A stretch of 64,000 bases of DNA from Patescibacteria group bacterium. GTDB taxonomy: Bacteria > Patescibacteriota > Minisyncoccia > UBA9983. Within the stretch, counting starts at the first letter, position 1; each line of letters opens with the position of its first letter. The translations under genes and the position numbers were made by a program. Shown in pieces: positions 1-9,973 of the stretch. The notes under the pieces were generated by a model. It was not told the DNA's origin and did no database searches. It worked only from the letters and a program-made list of their open reading frames with translations. The stretch spans positions 962-64,961 of the forward strand of contig JAHIOX010000003.1 of NCBI GenBank assembly GCA_018895015.1. The letters are read 5' to 3'.

Positions 1-71
1 CATCTTGCTGTATTGACTCAATGGGCTTAAATTGATAAGCTTTTGTAAAATAGTACTTTGAGGAGGTAATT

Positions 72-263
72 ATGAAATTTATGCTTGAAGTGGAAGAATT
101 GAAAAAACTGGAATTAGTCGAAGATACTTATTCTGGAGATATTAATGAAGTTGTTGTTGCGCGGAAACCGGCAAATATGCGGCGCATAAAACGTTTGCTG
201 TCAAAAGCTGTGGATTTGCAAAATTTCCGTCTGGGAGATTTTAAAGTCACGAAAGTTGATTAA
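72..263 (+). CDS. small hypothetical protein (63 aa)
   Basis: GAGGAGG Shine-Dalgarno 7 nt upstream of ATG; intrinsic terminator directly after stop. Confidence 0.5.
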   Translation: MKFMLEVEELKKLELVEDTYSGDINEVVVARKPANMRRIKRLLSKAVDLQNFRLGDFKVTKVD

Positions 264-265
264 AT

Positions 266-305
266 AAAAAAGCGGATGTGTCGGAAGACACATCCGCTTT
301 TTCTT
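266..305. terminator. bidirectional rho-independent terminator (GCGGATGTGTC-GGAA-GACACATCCGC with A-run upstream, T-run downstream)
   Basis: perfect 11-bp stem, flanked by A6 and T6; sits between convergent genes. Confidence 0.65.
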
Positions 306-337
306 CGTCATTTTCGTCCTCTTCTTTTTTTTCACGA

Positions 338-1552
338 TTACCAATTATTCAAGAGCTCCACCGCCTTGTCCATTTGCGGGTCGCGGTCGGCTTCAAAATC
401 TTCTTTGGTGAGTTCCACGACAAAATCCGGCTCAAGGCCCTGTTCCGAGATAGACCTGCCGTTGGGCGTGAGCCAGCGCGCTATGGTAAGTTTTAGCGAA
501 GTATCAGGCGTAACCTGAATCAATTCCTGCACCGAACCCTTGCCGAAAGTTTTCTGGCCGACAAGTTTGGCTATGCCATGCTCCTGCAAAGCGCCTGCTA
601 AAATTTCCGAAGCGGAGGCGCTTCCTTCGTTTACCAATATTACAAAAGGAAGTTTTTGAAAAACATCATACCCTTTGCTTCTGAAAATCGTTTCTTCTCC
701 ATTGCTGAATTTTTCGCGCGCCACGGTTTTCCCTGCCGGCAAAAACCAGCTGGCGATATCAACGGATGATTCCAAGTATCCGCCAGGATTTCCCCTCAAA
801 TCAAGAATTAGTTTGTCGTTTCCGGAAAAAACGAATTCGCGCAAAGCTTCCCTGAAAACGTTCATTGAATTTCCGGAGAAATTATACATTTTGATAATAA
901 AAATTCCATTTGGCTTTTGCTCGGTGTCCAGAACCGGAATTTTTATAACGCCTCTTGTTACGCTGATTTCCAAAGGTTTTTCCTCGCCTTTGTGAAGAAT
1001 TGTCAGTTTTACGGCAGTATCTTTCTTGCCTCTTATGAGGCGGGCCGCTTCTTCCGCGGACATATTTTCAGTCGTCTTGCCGTCTATTTTTAAAATTTTG
1101 TCTCCGGCTTTTATTCCGACATTGTAAGCCGGCGTTCCTTTAAGCGGAGAGATGACAATTAATTGGCTGTCGCGAACCCCGATTTCCATTCCGACTCCCT
1201 CAAAATCGCCTTTCATTTCATCTTTGAATTCTTTTGATTCTTGCGGCGGAAAGAATACCGAATACGGATCGCCAAGCGAATTGAGCATTCCTTGGATCGC
1301 GCCATAAACCATTTTTTGCGAGTCTAAATTTTCATTTTCCACATATTTTGACTCTATGGTTTGCCATACCGTCCAAAACGGGGAAAAATCAACCTGCGCC
1401 GGCTTTCCGGTTTCCTTATTGAACAAAACATTGATTTTTTCTATGGAATGCCTGTTATAATAACCAAAAAAGGCTCCTCCGGCAAAAACGCCTGAAATTA
1501 CAGCTAAGCTTATCAGCGACAATGCTAATTTTTTTTTCCAGCCAAGTTCCAT
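338..1552 (-). CDS. ctpA: C-terminal processing (tail-specific) peptidase, S41 family, with PDZ domain and N-terminal membrane anchor
   Basis: GNPGGYLESS and VNEGSASASEI motifs typical of S41 peptidases. Confidence 0.85.
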   Translation of the reverse strand: MELGWKKKLALSLISLAVISGVFAGGAFFGYYNRHSIEKINVLFNKETGKPAQVDFSPFWTVWQTIESKYVENENLDSQKMVYGAIQGMLNSLGDPYSVFFPPQESKEFKDEMKGDFEGVGMEIGVRDSQLIVISPLKGTPAYNVGIKAGDKILKIDGKTTENMSAEEAARLIRGKKDTAVKLTILHKGEEKPLEISVTRGVIKIPVLDTEQKPNGIFIIKMYNFSGNSMNVFREALREFVFSGNDKLILDLRGNPGGYLESSVDIASWFLPAGKTVAREKFSNGEETIFRSKGYDVFQKLPFVILVNEGSASASEILAGALQEHGIAKLVGQKTFGKGSVQELIQVTPDTSLKLTIARWLTPNGRSISEQGLEPDFVVELTKEDFEADRDPQMDKAVELLNNW

Positions 1553-1593
1553 TTATTTTATTATAAACTAAAGCGTGTTATAATCCAAATAAT

Positions 1594-2508
1594 ATGATTT
1601 CCACATATAAATATAAAAATTTAAGGTGGCTGGACGTAGAATCTCCGACTGTTGACGATGTAAAGTCTTTGATAAGCAAATATCCAATACATCCTTTAGT
1701 CGCGGAGGAACTTCTGAGGCCGACGCGCCGGCCGAAAACGGACGCTTATGAAGATTTTATTTATCTTATCCTTCACTTCCCTGTTTTTGAGCAAGAGCGC
1801 AAAACTTCCGCCAGTTATGAAATAGATTTTATCATTGGGAAAAATTTTTTAATCACAGTCCACTATAAAACCATAACCACGCTTTATGAAATAGGCAAAA
1901 TGTTTGAAGTGGGCACGATGATGAGCGGCGGAAAGATGGTAAAAGATTCCGGATTGCTTACTTTTTATATAATCAGGCAAATGTATGATTACGCGATGAG
2001 GCAAATGGACCACATACAGGCAAAAATAGACGTTATTGAGGAAAACATATTTAAGGGGCGCGAGCAGGAAATGGTGGAAAGAATCTCGCTGATTCACAGA
2101 GACATTCTGGATTTTCAAAGGTCCCTTCACGCGCATTCCAGCACTTTGAATTATTTGGAAATAGTCGGGGAAAAAATTTTTGGACCTGAATTCGCGCGCC
2201 ACACAAAAAAAATGACGGGCGAATATTCCAAAGTGAAAAGCCTTTTGGAAAATTGCCAAGAAACGATAGAATCGCTGCGGAGCACGAATGATTCCGTGCT
2301 TACCGATAAAACCAACAATGTTATGAAAATGCTTACGCTGATGGCGTTTATCACTTTTCCTTTGATGCTTTTTTCTTCCATATTCAGCATGAACACGATA
2401 TCCACTCCGATTCTGGGGATGAAAGGCGATTTTTGGATTATTCTCATGATAATGCTGACGTCAATGAGCACGATGATAATAATGTTTAAGCGCAAAAAAT
2501 GGTTTTAG
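1594..2508 (+). CDS. corA: CorA-family divalent cation transporter
   Basis: cytoplasmic N-domain plus two C-terminal TM helices; (F/Y)(S/G)MN motif FSMNT preceding last TM. Confidence 0.6.
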   Translation: MISTYKYKNLRWLDVESPTVDDVKSLISKYPIHPLVAEELLRPTRRPKTDAYEDFIYLILHFPVFEQERKTSASYEIDFIIGKNFLITVHYKTITTLYEIGKMFEVGTMMSGGKMVKDSGLLTFYIIRQMYDYAMRQMDHIQAKIDVIEENIFKGREQEMVERISLIHRDILDFQRSLHAHSSTLNYLEIVGEKIFGPEFARHTKKMTGEYSKVKSLLENCQETIESLRSTNDSVLTDKTNNVMKMLTLMAFITFPLMLFSSIFSMNTISTPILGMKGDFWIILMIMLTSMSTMIIMFKRKKWF

Positions 2509-3911
2509 ATTTAAAAATTTACAATACGCTTGCGCGCTCAAAAGAAAAATTTAAGCCGCTGGGGCCTGGTAAAATAAAATTTTACCAGTGCGGCCCGACG
2601 GTTTATTGGACGCAGCATATCGGCAATATGCGCGCGGTTGTATGCGCCGATTTTATAATTAGAACATTAAAATATCTTGGTTATGACATTAAATTCGTCC
2701 GCAATTACACGGATGTCGGCCATCTTACAAGCGACGAGGACGAAGGTGAAGATAAAATGGAAAAAGCGGCTAAGCGGGAAAAATTAAGCCCGCGAGAAAT
2801 TGCTGAAAAATACATCAAAATTTACGAAAATGATACGAGGGCGTTAAACATTATTGAGCCGTCTGAAAAACCGAAAGCAAGCGAGCATATCCAGGAAATG
2901 ATAGAAATGATAGAAATTTTAATGGATAAAGAATACGCTTATAAAACGGATTTGGCCGTGTATTTTGACGTTTCAAAAGCAAAAGATTATACGAAATTGT
3001 CAAAGCAAACTTTGGAAGAAATGTCCGTTGGCGCCGGCAAGGGCGAGGTGGCGGACGCGGAAAAGCGCGACCCGGCTGATTTTGCACTTTGGTTTTTCAG
3101 AAAAGGAAAGCACGAAAAGGCATTGCAATACTGGCCTTCCCCGTGGGGCGACGGCTTTCCTGGTTGGCATATTGAATGCTCCGCGATGGCTAAAAAATAT
3201 TTGGGCGCGACAATGGATATTCACATGGGCGGAGTTGAACACATTTCTATTCATCACACGAACGAAATCGCGCAGAGCGAATCCGCGAATAACGCCCCGC
3301 TTGCCAATTATTGGATTCACAACGAGCACTTGGTCGTGGACGGAAGAAAAATGGCAAAGTCGGAAGGCACAGGCTACAGCCTGGAAGAAATAAAAGAAAA
3401 AAATTTTAGCCCCGTAGCTTTAAGATATTTTTTCACGCAGGCGCATTATCGCTCAAAGCAAAATTTCACATGGGAAGCGATGGAGTCCGCGCGAAACGGA
3501 TTGAAGCATTTATATAATCAAGTTAGAATTCTCCACTTGGACACTGGATGTCCAAGTGGACATCCAGTGTCCGTTAACGAAGAATACAAAAATAAATTTA
3601 TTGAAAAAATCAGCGACGATTTCAATATTCCGCAGGCGCTCGCAGTGGCGCAAGAATTATTAAAAGCGGATTTGCCGGACAAAGACAAACTGGCGACTAT
3701 TTTGGATTTTGACAAAGTTTTTGGCTTGAAACTCGCCGATGCAATGGCATTTGCGGAGGCGCCTAAAGAGGTCGTTGAGTTGGCAAAAAAGCGCGAGGCG
3801 ATGAGAAAAGAAAACAAATGGGCCGAGGCGGACATTGTCCGCGAGCAAATAAAAAACCTCGGATATGAGATTGAGGACGCGGGAAAAGGGTATGTTCTCA
3901 AAAAAATCTGA
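2499..3911 (+). CDS. cysS: cysteinyl-tRNA synthetase
   Basis: CGPTVY...HIGN (HIGH), WHIECS zinc site, KMAKSEG (KMSKS). Confidence 0.95.
   Translation: MVLDLKIYNTLARSKEKFKPLGPGKIKFYQCGPTVYWTQHIGNMRAVVCADFIIRTLKYLGYDIKFVRNYTDVGHLTSDEDEGEDKMEKAAKREKLSPREIAEKYIKIYENDTRALNIIEPSEKPKASEHIQEMIEMIEILMDKEYAYKTDLAVYFDVSKAKDYTKLSKQTLEEMSVGAGKGEVADAEKRDPADFALWFFRKGKHEKALQYWPSPWGDGFPGWHIECSAMAKKYLGATMDIHMGGVEHISIHHTNEIAQSESANNAPLANYWIHNEHLVVDGRKMAKSEGTGYSLEEIKEKNFSPVALRYFFTQAHYRSKQNFTWEAMESARNGLKHLYNQVRILHLDTGCPSGHPVSVNEEYKNKFIEKISDDFNIPQALAVAQELLKADLPDKDKLATILDFDKVFGLKLADAMAFAEAPKEVVELAKKREAMRKENKWAEADIVREQIKNLGYEIEDAGKGYVLKKI
3537..3572. repeat. 36-bp compound palindromic element in frame inside cysS (TTGGACACTGGATGTCCAAGTGGACATCCAGTGTCC), encoding LDTGCPSGHPVS
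   Basis: two inverted 17-bp units TGGACA-N5-TGTCCA; related copies in alaS, mnmA, leuS. Confidence 0.7.
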
Positions 3912-3936
3912 TATGGTATTATTATAGAGTTAAATT

Positions 3937-5298
3937 ATGTCGAGAGAATTTCAAAAAATATCTTCCGTCCGCATTCCGCCGCAAAATCTTGACGCGGAAA
4001 AGTCCGTCCTGGGTTCTTTAATGCTTGATTCAAACGCTATCCACGTAGTGATTGATATTTTAATTCCGGACGATTTTTATCACCAAAAACACAGAGATAT
4101 TTTCCAGGCTATGTATGAACTTTGCGAGAAAAGAGAGCCGATTGATGTTTTATCTGTTTCCAGCCGCTTAAAAGAAAAAAAGATGCTAGACGGAGTTGGC
4201 GGCAGTTCTTATCTGGCTGAACTTGTAAACTGCGTTCCTACCGCGAGCAATGTAAAGCACTACGCGGAGCTTGTAAGAAAAAAAAGCATTCTAAGAAGTC
4301 TTATAGAATCATCAGACCAAATTTCCCAGCTTGGATATAATGAGGAAGACGAAGTTGATATTCTTCTTGACGAAGCTGAAAAGAAAATTTTTAATGTCGC
4401 GCGCTATTCTTTAAAGCAAAAATTTTTAAATATTAAAGTCGCGCTTGAGGACGCGTGGGAGCGTTTTGACAGGCTTCATAATTCAAAGGGCGAGTTGAGG
4501 GGAACTCCAACCGGCTTTCAGGAGCTTAATAATATTCTAGCCGGCTTTCAAAAATCAGATTTGATAATTTTGGCAGCGCGCCCGTCCATGGGAAAAACAG
4601 CGCTCGCGCTTGATATTGCCCGTAATGTCGCTTGCAGGCACAATTTGCCTATCGGTATTTTTAGCTTGGAAATGTCCAGCCAGCAGCTCGTGGACCGCCT
4701 TATTGCGGCAGAGGCGCGCGTTGATTCGTGGAAGCTCCGAACGGGCCGTTTGTCTTCTGACGATGAATTTGCCAGAATCCGAGACGCTTTGGCTTCCCTT
4801 TCTTCAGCCCCGATTTTTATTGACGACGAGGCCTCCACTAATATTATGCAAATGAGAGCGAAGGCGAGGCGCTTGCAAGCCGAGCACGGCCTTGGACTTT
4901 TGATAGTTGATTATATCCAGTTAATGGTGCCGCGGCAAAGAACCGATAGCATGGTTCAGCAAATAACCGAAATTTCAAGGTCATTAAAGGGATTGGCAAG
5001 AGAGCTTGATGTGCCGGTTTTGGCAATTTCTCAATTAAGCCGCGCGGTTGAATCGCGCAACCCGCCTATTCCAAAACTGCATGATTTGCGAGACAGCGGT
5101 AGTATTGAGCAGGACGCGGACGTTGTTATGTTTATTTACCGCGAGGATAAGTATAAAGAAAACAGCACAAAGCAAAATATCGCTGAAATTTTTATTGAAA
5201 AACACAGAAACGGCCCGACCGGGAAAATAGAGCTTTATTTTGACCCGCAGAAGGTAAGTTTTTCCAGCATAGAAAAAGGCGATTTCGGGACAATATAA
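3937..5298 (+). CDS. dnaB: replicative DNA helicase DnaB
   Basis: DnaB N-terminal domain (NLDAEKSVLGSLMLD), Walker A ARPSMGKTA, no intein. Confidence 0.95.
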   Translation: MSREFQKISSVRIPPQNLDAEKSVLGSLMLDSNAIHVVIDILIPDDFYHQKHRDIFQAMYELCEKREPIDVLSVSSRLKEKKMLDGVGGSSYLAELVNCVPTASNVKHYAELVRKKSILRSLIESSDQISQLGYNEEDEVDILLDEAEKKIFNVARYSLKQKFLNIKVALEDAWERFDRLHNSKGELRGTPTGFQELNNILAGFQKSDLIILAARPSMGKTALALDIARNVACRHNLPIGIFSLEMSSQQLVDRLIAAEARVDSWKLRTGRLSSDDEFARIRDALASLSSAPIFIDDEASTNIMQMRAKARRLQAEHGLGLLIVDYIQLMVPRQRTDSMVQQITEISRSLKGLARELDVPVLAISQLSRAVESRNPPIPKLHDLRDSGSIEQDADVVMFIYREDKYKENSTKQNIAEIFIEKHRNGPTGKIELYFDPQKVSFSSIEKGDFGTI

Positions 5299-5948
5299 TG
5301 AACAATAATTTTGAAAAATTAATTGAGTATTTTTTGAAATTTCCAGGAATAGGGCCAAGGCAGGCAAAAAGATTCGCCCTTTTTTTGGCCGGAGAGGACA
5401 AAAAATTCGTTGCGGATCTTGGACAGCTTATTTCAAAAATAAAGGAAAGCGTAAGGCAATGCCCGAGCTGTTATAGATTTTACGGTTCTGTTTCTGGCGG
5501 GTCAAGCCAATGCGGCATATGCTCAAATTTAAATCGCGATAATTCCATTTTGCTTGTTGTTGAAAAAGACGCTGATTTGCAAAACATTGAGAAAAGCGAA
5601 GTTTATAACGGAAGATATTTTGTGCTTGGCGGAACAATTCCTTTGGCTAACGGTTCCGCCAAAGGCGGAACCGGCGGGTTAAGATTCAGAGAACTTTTTG
5701 AGAAAGTAAAAGTGCTTCTGCAAAGCTCAACGCGAGAAGCAAAACATTTAGAAGTTATTTTGGCTCTAAGCGCCACGATTGAAGGAGAAAATACGTCTCG
5801 TTACGCGGAAAAAATTCTGGAGCCCCTTTTGTCCAAAGGCGGGCAAGAAATAAAAATAACCCGACTTGGGCGCGGGCTTTCTACGGGCACAGAGTTGGAA
5901 TACAGCGATAGCGCTACAATTGCTAACTCTTTACGCTCGCGATGCTGA
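5298..5948 (+). CDS. recR: recombination protein RecR
   Basis: FPGIGPRQAKRFAFFL HhH motif, C4 zinc finger, Toprim; TAATG overlap with dnaB stop. Confidence 0.95.
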   Translation: MNNNFEKLIEYFLKFPGIGPRQAKRFALFLAGEDKKFVADLGQLISKIKESVRQCPSCYRFYGSVSGGSSQCGICSNLNRDNSILLVVEKDADLQNIEKSEVYNGRYFVLGGTIPLANGSAKGGTGGLRFRELFEKVKVLLQSSTREAKHLEVILALSATIEGENTSRYAEKILEPLLSKGGQEIKITRLGRGLSTGTELEYSDSATIANSLRSRC

Positions 5949-6291
5949 TTTTTGTGTATGGCTGGCGGTGGCCTTTTTTCTTGCGATAACGGGTTTTAGA
6001 TTTATATCTTAAAACTGTAATTTTTTTATCTCTTCCTTCTTCCTCAATTTTTGCCTCGACTATCGCGCCGTCCACAAACGGTTTGCCAACATGGATATCT
6101 TTATCGCCGGCGACAAGGAGAATATTATCAAATTTTAAAATTTCGCCCGCCTTGGTGTTTTTTATTTTTTCCACCTTTAACACGTCTCCGGCTTTAACTA
6201 TGTATTGTTTGCCCCCGGTTTGAATTACGGCAATTTTATCCGCCGCCGAGGCGGATTCCGCCTTCTTTTTTGTCGTTTTTACTGTTGTCAT
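5923..6291 (-). CDS. rplU: 50S ribosomal protein L21 (with N-terminal extension)
   Basis: AVIQTGGKQYIVKAGD motif; basic C-terminus. Confidence 0.9.
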   Translation of the reverse strand: MTTVKTTKKKAESASAADKIAVIQTGGKQYIVKAGDVLKVEKIKNTKAGEILKFDNILLVAGDKDIHVGKPFVDGAIVEAKIEEEGRDKKITVLRYKSKTRYRKKKGHRQPYTKISIASVKS

Positions 6292-6377
6292 AATGATTAT
6301 TATTCTATATCATATCTCGCTTAATTTCAAGCCTCTTGCGTCAACTTACATATTCTTTTTAATAATTCTAATATTTA

Positions 6378-6405
6378 CCACTTATCAGCGATAGCAAGTA
6401 AGTGG
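6378..6405. repeat. hairpin-forming intergenic repeat CCACTTATCAGCGATAGCAAGTAAGTGG (family copy 1)
   Basis: 7-bp stem CCACTTA/TAAGTGG with 13-nt loop; near-identical copies at 7019-7055 and 51248-51280. Confidence 0.5.
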
Positions 6406-6424
6406 CAGATGTAGTTTAGTTAAA

Positions 6425-6979
6425 TTATTGCAGGCTGAAATGATTTTTTAAATGCAACTCATTGTCAATTGAATCAGCGATAATCATCCTAACAAATTTT
6501 CTTATATCGTAAAATTCTATTAAATAATCTATTTCATCTTTGCAATCATATGGATGAACAAAAACACTTTTTTGAAATTCGTAAAATCCCATTTGCTTCA
6601 AATGAAATCGCAGACTTTCTCTTATCTTTTTTCTTTTTTCGGGAATATCAAAAAGCACAACGCGCCATTTTTTGTCCCATTTTTGCGGTTTCTCAATTCG
6701 CAGATTTTCCAAATCATAGGTAAGCGCCTTTTGCTTTCCGTTATCTGTTAACACTATTGTTATAGTTCCATCTAGATTTTGTTTTTCGGCAACCAATTTT
6801 GATTCATATAAGCGTTTAATCGCTCTCTTAAGCGCCCGCGCCTCAATTTCTTTCCATTCTTTGCCAATGCTTTTCAAAATCTGAAAATATGTTTTTGGAG
6901 ATCTTGTCAGCCCTAAAGTCAAGCCGCCTAAAAGCAGAAGCAATATTTTTTGTTGTATTTCGCCGTGTCCTCGCGACAT
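6425..6979 (-). CDS. putative wHTH + Cas2-fold (PaaX-like) regulator
   Basis: C-terminal WRVVLFDIPE...RKKIRESLRFHL...GFYEFQKSVFV resembles the Cas2/PaaX fold; flanked by hairpin repeats on both sides. Confidence 0.4.
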   Translation of the reverse strand: MSRGHGEIQQKILLLLLGGLTLGLTRSPKTYFQILKSIGKEWKEIEARALKRAIKRLYESKLVAEKQNLDGTITIVLTDNGKQKALTYDLENLRIEKPQKWDKKWRVVLFDIPEKRKKIRESLRFHLKQMGFYEFQKSVFVHPYDCKDEIDYLIEFYDIRKFVRMIIADSIDNELHLKNHFSLQ

Positions 6980-7018
6980 AATTTTATTTTATGATACCTT
7001 TTTAAAAATTACCATATA

Positions 7019-7055
7019 CCAGCGATAGCAAGTAAGTGGTAAGCAAGTAAGTGGT
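7019..7055. repeat. hairpin-repeat family copy 2 with internal duplication of GCAAGTAAGTGG
   Basis: ACCAGCGATAGCAAGTAAGTGGTAAGCAAGTAAGTGG. Confidence 0.5.
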
Positions 7056-7076
7056 AAATTGGCAAATTATCGATTC

Positions 7077-8045
7077 TTATATTATTTCTATCAGTTTCTT
7101 TAATTTTTCAAGCCTCAATTTTGCGCTTGTAGCTTCCTCGGGACAACGCAAATCTTTTCTTAAAATATAAGCCCAAAGCACCCAGATAGTGTTTGAAACT
7201 GCGCGCTCAAACAGTCGCCCTTCAACTAATTTTTCAAAATTTTCAATCGGATTTAATTTAAGATATTCTCTTGTCATTTGCAATTTTATTTCTTCAAAAT
7301 CTGGACGATTTTCTATTGACGCCAAAAACACAGACAAACTAAAACTCGGGTCGCCAAAGGCAACCTCCTCCCAGTTTATAAAACGCAGGATTTCTTTTAC
7401 AACAAAGCAATGTCCGATATGAGCGCTTTCAAAAACAAAAACCCGCGGCGCCTTATCCAAAATTGGCTGATATTTTTCATGCAAAACTTTTTCAGCCATT
7501 GGCAGTAATTCCTCAATCTTTTTTCTCAAATTATCACATCTTGAATCCTTGGAAATATCGTTTAGTTTGTTGTGCCATTTTTCAATATTAACAGAATAAT
7601 CTGATTTATTATCCAAATATGGTTTAATTTCTTCCGCGATAGGAATTTTGTTAATTTTTGCAATCAACTTCACGACTTCTGGAAAATACTTTTTTTGTTC
7701 GTCCGGCGAATAATCAGAAAACGGTTTGCCTTCCAGATATTCTTCAAACAGCACTGGTTTAATAAAACCGCTTTTGTCAAAGTAATAAGGTTCCGGCGCA
7801 ACTCCATGTGGCTTTACATATTTAAGCATTTTATATTCTTTTTCAATCTCATTACATTGCGCTGGTGTTTCGTTTCCAATAACGCGAAAAACATATTTTT
7901 TATCCTTGTGCTGAATCAAAAAATTCCAATGGCCGGAAGGATCTTTGGGGTCAATATCAGTAATTTTAAAATCCTCCTTAATTCCTAACGGTTGGACTAT
8001 TTTAATATATTCAATTATTTCTTTAATTTTTGGCGCTTTCCACAT
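7077..8045 (-). CDS. APH/choline-kinase-like phosphotransferase (protein-kinase-like fold)
   Basis: HIGH-type HxD region and WEEVAFGDPSFSL (DxD...DL) motifs typical of the aminoglycoside/homoserine kinase II family. Confidence 0.55.
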   Translation of the reverse strand: MWKAPKIKEIIEYIKIVQPLGIKEDFKITDIDPKDPSGHWNFLIQHKDKKYVFRVIGNETPAQCNEIEKEYKMLKYVKPHGVAPEPYYFDKSGFIKPVLFEEYLEGKPFSDYSPDEQKKYFPEVVKLIAKINKIPIAEEIKPYLDNKSDYSVNIEKWHNKLNDISKDSRCDNLRKKIEELLPMAEKVLHEKYQPILDKAPRVFVFESAHIGHCFVVKEILRFINWEEVAFGDPSFSLSVFLASIENRPDFEEIKLQMTREYLKLNPIENFEKLVEGRLFERAVSNTIWVLWAYILRKDLRCPEEATSAKLRLEKLKKLIEII

Positions 8046-8110
8046 ACTTTATTTTATCATAAAAAAAGGCCGCCCCAAAGAAAAGGGACGGCTGATTAAA
8101 ACGGAGATAA

Positions 8111-8776
8111 TTAGTGGCGTATCCACCACCAAGCGAAACAAGTGAAAAGAAAAACAACAATTCCTGTAATCCAGTGAAACAAAAACGCTCCGAAGCAAAC
8201 TCCAACAACAGCGAGTAAAATAATAATTTGAAATACTCTATCCAATAAATCGCCGAGAGAAACTCCAAACACTTTTTTTCTGTTTAAAAAAGAGTTTTCT
8301 ATTCGCTCTCGGATTTGTTTCATTGGATCCGGTTCTCGCTGGTCAATGATTGTATCTTTTCTAATCCATTCTGCAAATTGTTTCTTTGCATTTTCCACAA
8401 GCTCGTCTTCTCTATCCTTTCCAACTTCTGTGAGATCTTTTTTTCGGCAGATACGCGTAATTTTTATTACAAAACCTTTTTGCGCAAGAGCCATGAGTAA
8501 AGTTTTGGGATCTGTCATTCTGCCTACATATTGAAACCTTCTGAAAACTGCCGGATGATCTTCGCCGTATGGCCCCATGAGTTCCTCGTTGTGTACGAGA
8601 ATATCAAGTTTTCTGAACAAGGTAGCAAATGTGCTTTGGTCGTTTTTATCCGGCAAACCATCTTCGGAGAGCGGGTTGTACGCGCTGTACACATCTCTAT
8701 GAATTCGTTCGGGGCCAATAATAGTTAGATGCCTTTTCATTAATTGTTTGGCTAATAGCTCCGTCAATTCCGTCAA
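8111..8776 (-). CDS. hypothetical protein with C-terminal TM hairpin; N-terminus uncertain (TTG start in track; RBS+ATG present in another frame)
   Basis: ORF only; see findings. Confidence 0.35.
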   Translation of the reverse strand: MTELTELLAKQLMKRHLTIIGPERIHRDVYSAYNPLSEDGLPDKNDQSTFATLFRKLDILVHNEELMGPYGEDHPAVFRRFQYVGRMTDPKTLLMALAQKGFVIKITRICRKKDLTEVGKDREDELVENAKKQFAEWIRKDTIIDQREPDPMKQIRERIENSFLNRKKVFGVSLGDLLDRVFQIIILLAVVGVCFGAFLFHWITGIVVFLFTCFAWWWIRH

Positions 8777-8870
8777 TCGTGATAAGGAACCATAATCCTT
8801 TGTTTAGTATCATTTTTAATCCCCCTTTTTTATTTCAATTTCAAGATTCAAATTTTCTAAAATAAGTATA

Positions 8871-9950
8871 TCACACCTCCTCCGGCTTGTCAATCATTTG
8901 CGGCTCCACGCCGATTGCCTCGCCTGTTATGCGCAAGACATCTTTATCTATCTTATTGAGTTCTTTGTAAGAGCTGTTGTAAGTATTTACTGTCGCTCCG
9001 AGATTCGCACCGAGCTTTTTCATAAACTGTTCGTAGCTTCCCAAATGCCTGCCCAAATCCTCCACCCTTTTTCTGATTTCTTTTGCCGATTCTTCAATTT
9101 GCAAAGCGCGCAAGCCCTGCAAAACCGTCTGCAGATACGCCATAAAGGAAGTCGGAGAAACGATTATCACATGCCTCTGCTGAAACGCGTATTCAATCAA
9201 ATCTTTTGTCTGCGTTTTTACGGCGCCAACTTGATTGATAAGCAAATCATAATATATCGCTTCCGAAGGAATAAACATAAAAGCGAAATCCATAGTTCCC
9301 TCTTTCGGCCTGATGTATTTCGCGGTTTCATCAATGCGGTTTTTTAAATCCTGCTTGAATATTTTTTCCACTTTTTCGCGTTCCGTTGGATTTTTCTCTT
9401 CAAGAATACGGTTGTAATTTTCCAGAGAAAATTTTGAATCAATGGGCAGAATTTTATCCTTGTCCAAGAAAATAACGGCGTCAACAATTTCTCCGTCGTT
9501 GAATTTATACTGCATTTGGTATCTGTCCGGCGGAAGAACGTTTTTCAGGACGGTTTCCAGATAATATTCGCCGAGCACGCCGCGCCGTTTCGGGTTCTGA
9601 AGAATGTCCTGCAAATTTTGTAGCTGGTCAGCGAATCCGACAACTTGCTTGTTTGTTTCGTCAAGCTTAACAAGCCGCTCAGTGACATCGCGGATAATTT
9701 TTGAGCTTTCGCCGAATTGCTGCTGAATCACTCTGGTTGACTCGCCCAACTGCTGTTGCATAAGCCTTGATGATTCTCCTAATTTCATATCAAGAGTGCC
9801 TCTTATTTCTTTCAATTGTTCCTGCATCATTAAAAATGAATCGCCGTTGCCTTCTTCTTTTTTCCCGCTTTTCCGCGCCCAAAAAAATATGACCGCGCCG
9901 GCGATTAATCCTGCAACAATAGCGAAAAAAATATAAACAAATTGAGCCAT
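8871..9950 (-). CDS. rmuC: DNA recombination protein RmuC
   Basis: N-terminal TM, coiled-coil with Q/E repeats, conserved RmuC C-domain (FAFMFIPSEAIY...). Confidence 0.7.
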   Translation of the reverse strand: MAQFVYIFFAIVAGLIAGAVIFFWARKSGKKEEGNGDSFLMMQEQLKEIRGTLDMKLGESSRLMQQQLGESTRVIQQQFGESSKIIRDVTERLVKLDETNKQVVGFADQLQNLQDILQNPKRRGVLGEYYLETVLKNVLPPDRYQMQYKFNDGEIVDAVIFLDKDKILPIDSKFSLENYNRILEEKNPTEREKVEKIFKQDLKNRIDETAKYIRPKEGTMDFAFMFIPSEAIYYDLLINQVGAVKTQTKDLIEYAFQQRHVIIVSPTSFMAYLQTVLQGLRALQIEESAKEIRKRVEDLGRHLGSYEQFMKKLGANLGATVNTYNSSYKELNKIDKDVLRITGEAIGVEPQMIDKPEEV

Positions 9951-9973
9951 ATATTTTAAAGTATAACAGTTTT

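Noticed and set aside
5923-5948. 26-nt convergent 3' overlap of recR and rplU
   Set aside because: Such overlaps are common in compact genomes. The rplU C-terminal basic tail is conserved, so no evidence of a mis-call.
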